A stretch of DNA of 64,000 nucleotides from contig JBBPEB010000020.1 in NCBI GenBank assembly GCA_039096225.1, positions 372,001-436,000 of the forward strand. The letters run 5' to 3'. Origin of the DNA: Blastocystis sp. Blastoise. Lineage: Eukaryota > Protista > Bigyra: Opalinata. The notes under the pieces were generated by a model that saw only the letters and a list, made by a program, of their open reading frames with translations, made no database searches and was not told the DNA's origin. Position numbers and translations under genes: made by a program. Shown here piece by piece: positions 63,230-64,000 of this stretch (within the stretch, counting starts at the first letter, position 1; every line of letters starts with the position of its first letter).

Positions 63230-64000
63230 AGGCAAAAAAATTCCCATTGGTCAGTTTTTGGAAAAACCATTTGATTGGCTAATGTATACTATAGTTTGTC
63301 GCCGCAACTCCTCTAAACTTATGGGGAGTTAATGTTTGGTTGAAACACAGTTCAATAGGATATAACATGTAGTTGTGCACCGTATATTTGGTTAAGCGAT
63401 ATTATTTATAATTAAAAAGTTATTAATAAAAGAACAGAAAACATGATTTTTGAGTCGTTTTTGATTGGCTCTTTGGGATCATCCCGATAAAAATTGTTGA
63501 CCAGACAATTGAAAAATAAACATGGGGTAAACTTGATTTTTTATCAATCCCACAATATACGTTATCCGTGTTTATTCTTTATATTTATCTACTTTTTAAT
63601 ACTTTTTCATATTGAACACGTGAGGCCTTAACGGTCAAATTTTGATTCTTATTTTGACATCATATTCTGATTCAGGAGGTCCAAAAACCTAGGTGTACCA
63701 ATTTTCAGCTCCTGAGGACGATTTTTGAGTGATCGATATTTTCTTCGATCTTCTTATAGTGGACTAATATTACAGCATAGTAATCAATAGGTCCTCAAAC
63801 CACTATAGTTAAAACAGAGTCTTAAAATAACGAGTTTAAAAGTGACAATTTTGAAAAATGTGAATTAAGTGGTCTTAGAGTGAGAGATTCAATATAATGA
63901 CTTTTATTTAATAAACTAGAGGTAATACTCTATACTATGTCAAAAGGAGATTAAAAATTATGAAGGTCAAAGTGTATGACCAAATGACAAAATGTGTCTT
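63230..64000. mobile_element. Non-coding transposon-like sequence interrupting the transposase intron
   Basis: Composition shift after (TA)n; starts GGCAAAAAAATTCCC; ATTGG motifs like the other TE subterminal regions here. Confidence 0.35.

Noticed and set aside
63756-63761. TAGTG as the right end of the second CACTA element
   Set aside because: Not followed by the expected AAT duplication, and the match to CACTATGAGG does not extend convincingly beyond the terminal motif.

Overview
Extremely AT-rich eukaryotic DNA with short GT-AG introns and (TA)n/(TAT)n microsatellites. The organism cannot be identified from this window; it looks protist-like. The window is a nest of DNA transposons, and I see no intact host gene. 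Main contents: (1) A 14.2-kb autonomous Helitron (11166-25390, minus) with an intact Rep/PIF1-helicase gene. It also carries a gene built from symmetric phase-1 micro-exons, whose exon+intron unit is amplified as an 83-bp minisatellite. The Helitron sits in an intron that splits a SAP domain within a piggyBac-like transposase. (2) A truncated hAT transposase, an intact ISL2EU/Harbinger-type transposase and three further Helitron-type 3' termini. (3) A complete 17.8-kb CACTA/EnSpm element (35889-53688; CACTG termini, TTT target duplication, empty site reconstructable). It has an intact transposase, a divergent companion gene and about 11 kb of same-strand captured host gene fragments (PP4R1-like HEAT, BEACH, USP, Cys-rich repeat protein). 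A second related element starts at 55326. (4) Three diverged copies of a 66-68-nt tRNA-like cloverleaf with compensatory base changes and a near-invariant T-arm/B-box but no valid anticodon loop. Captured fragments are decaying through C-to-T nonsense changes.
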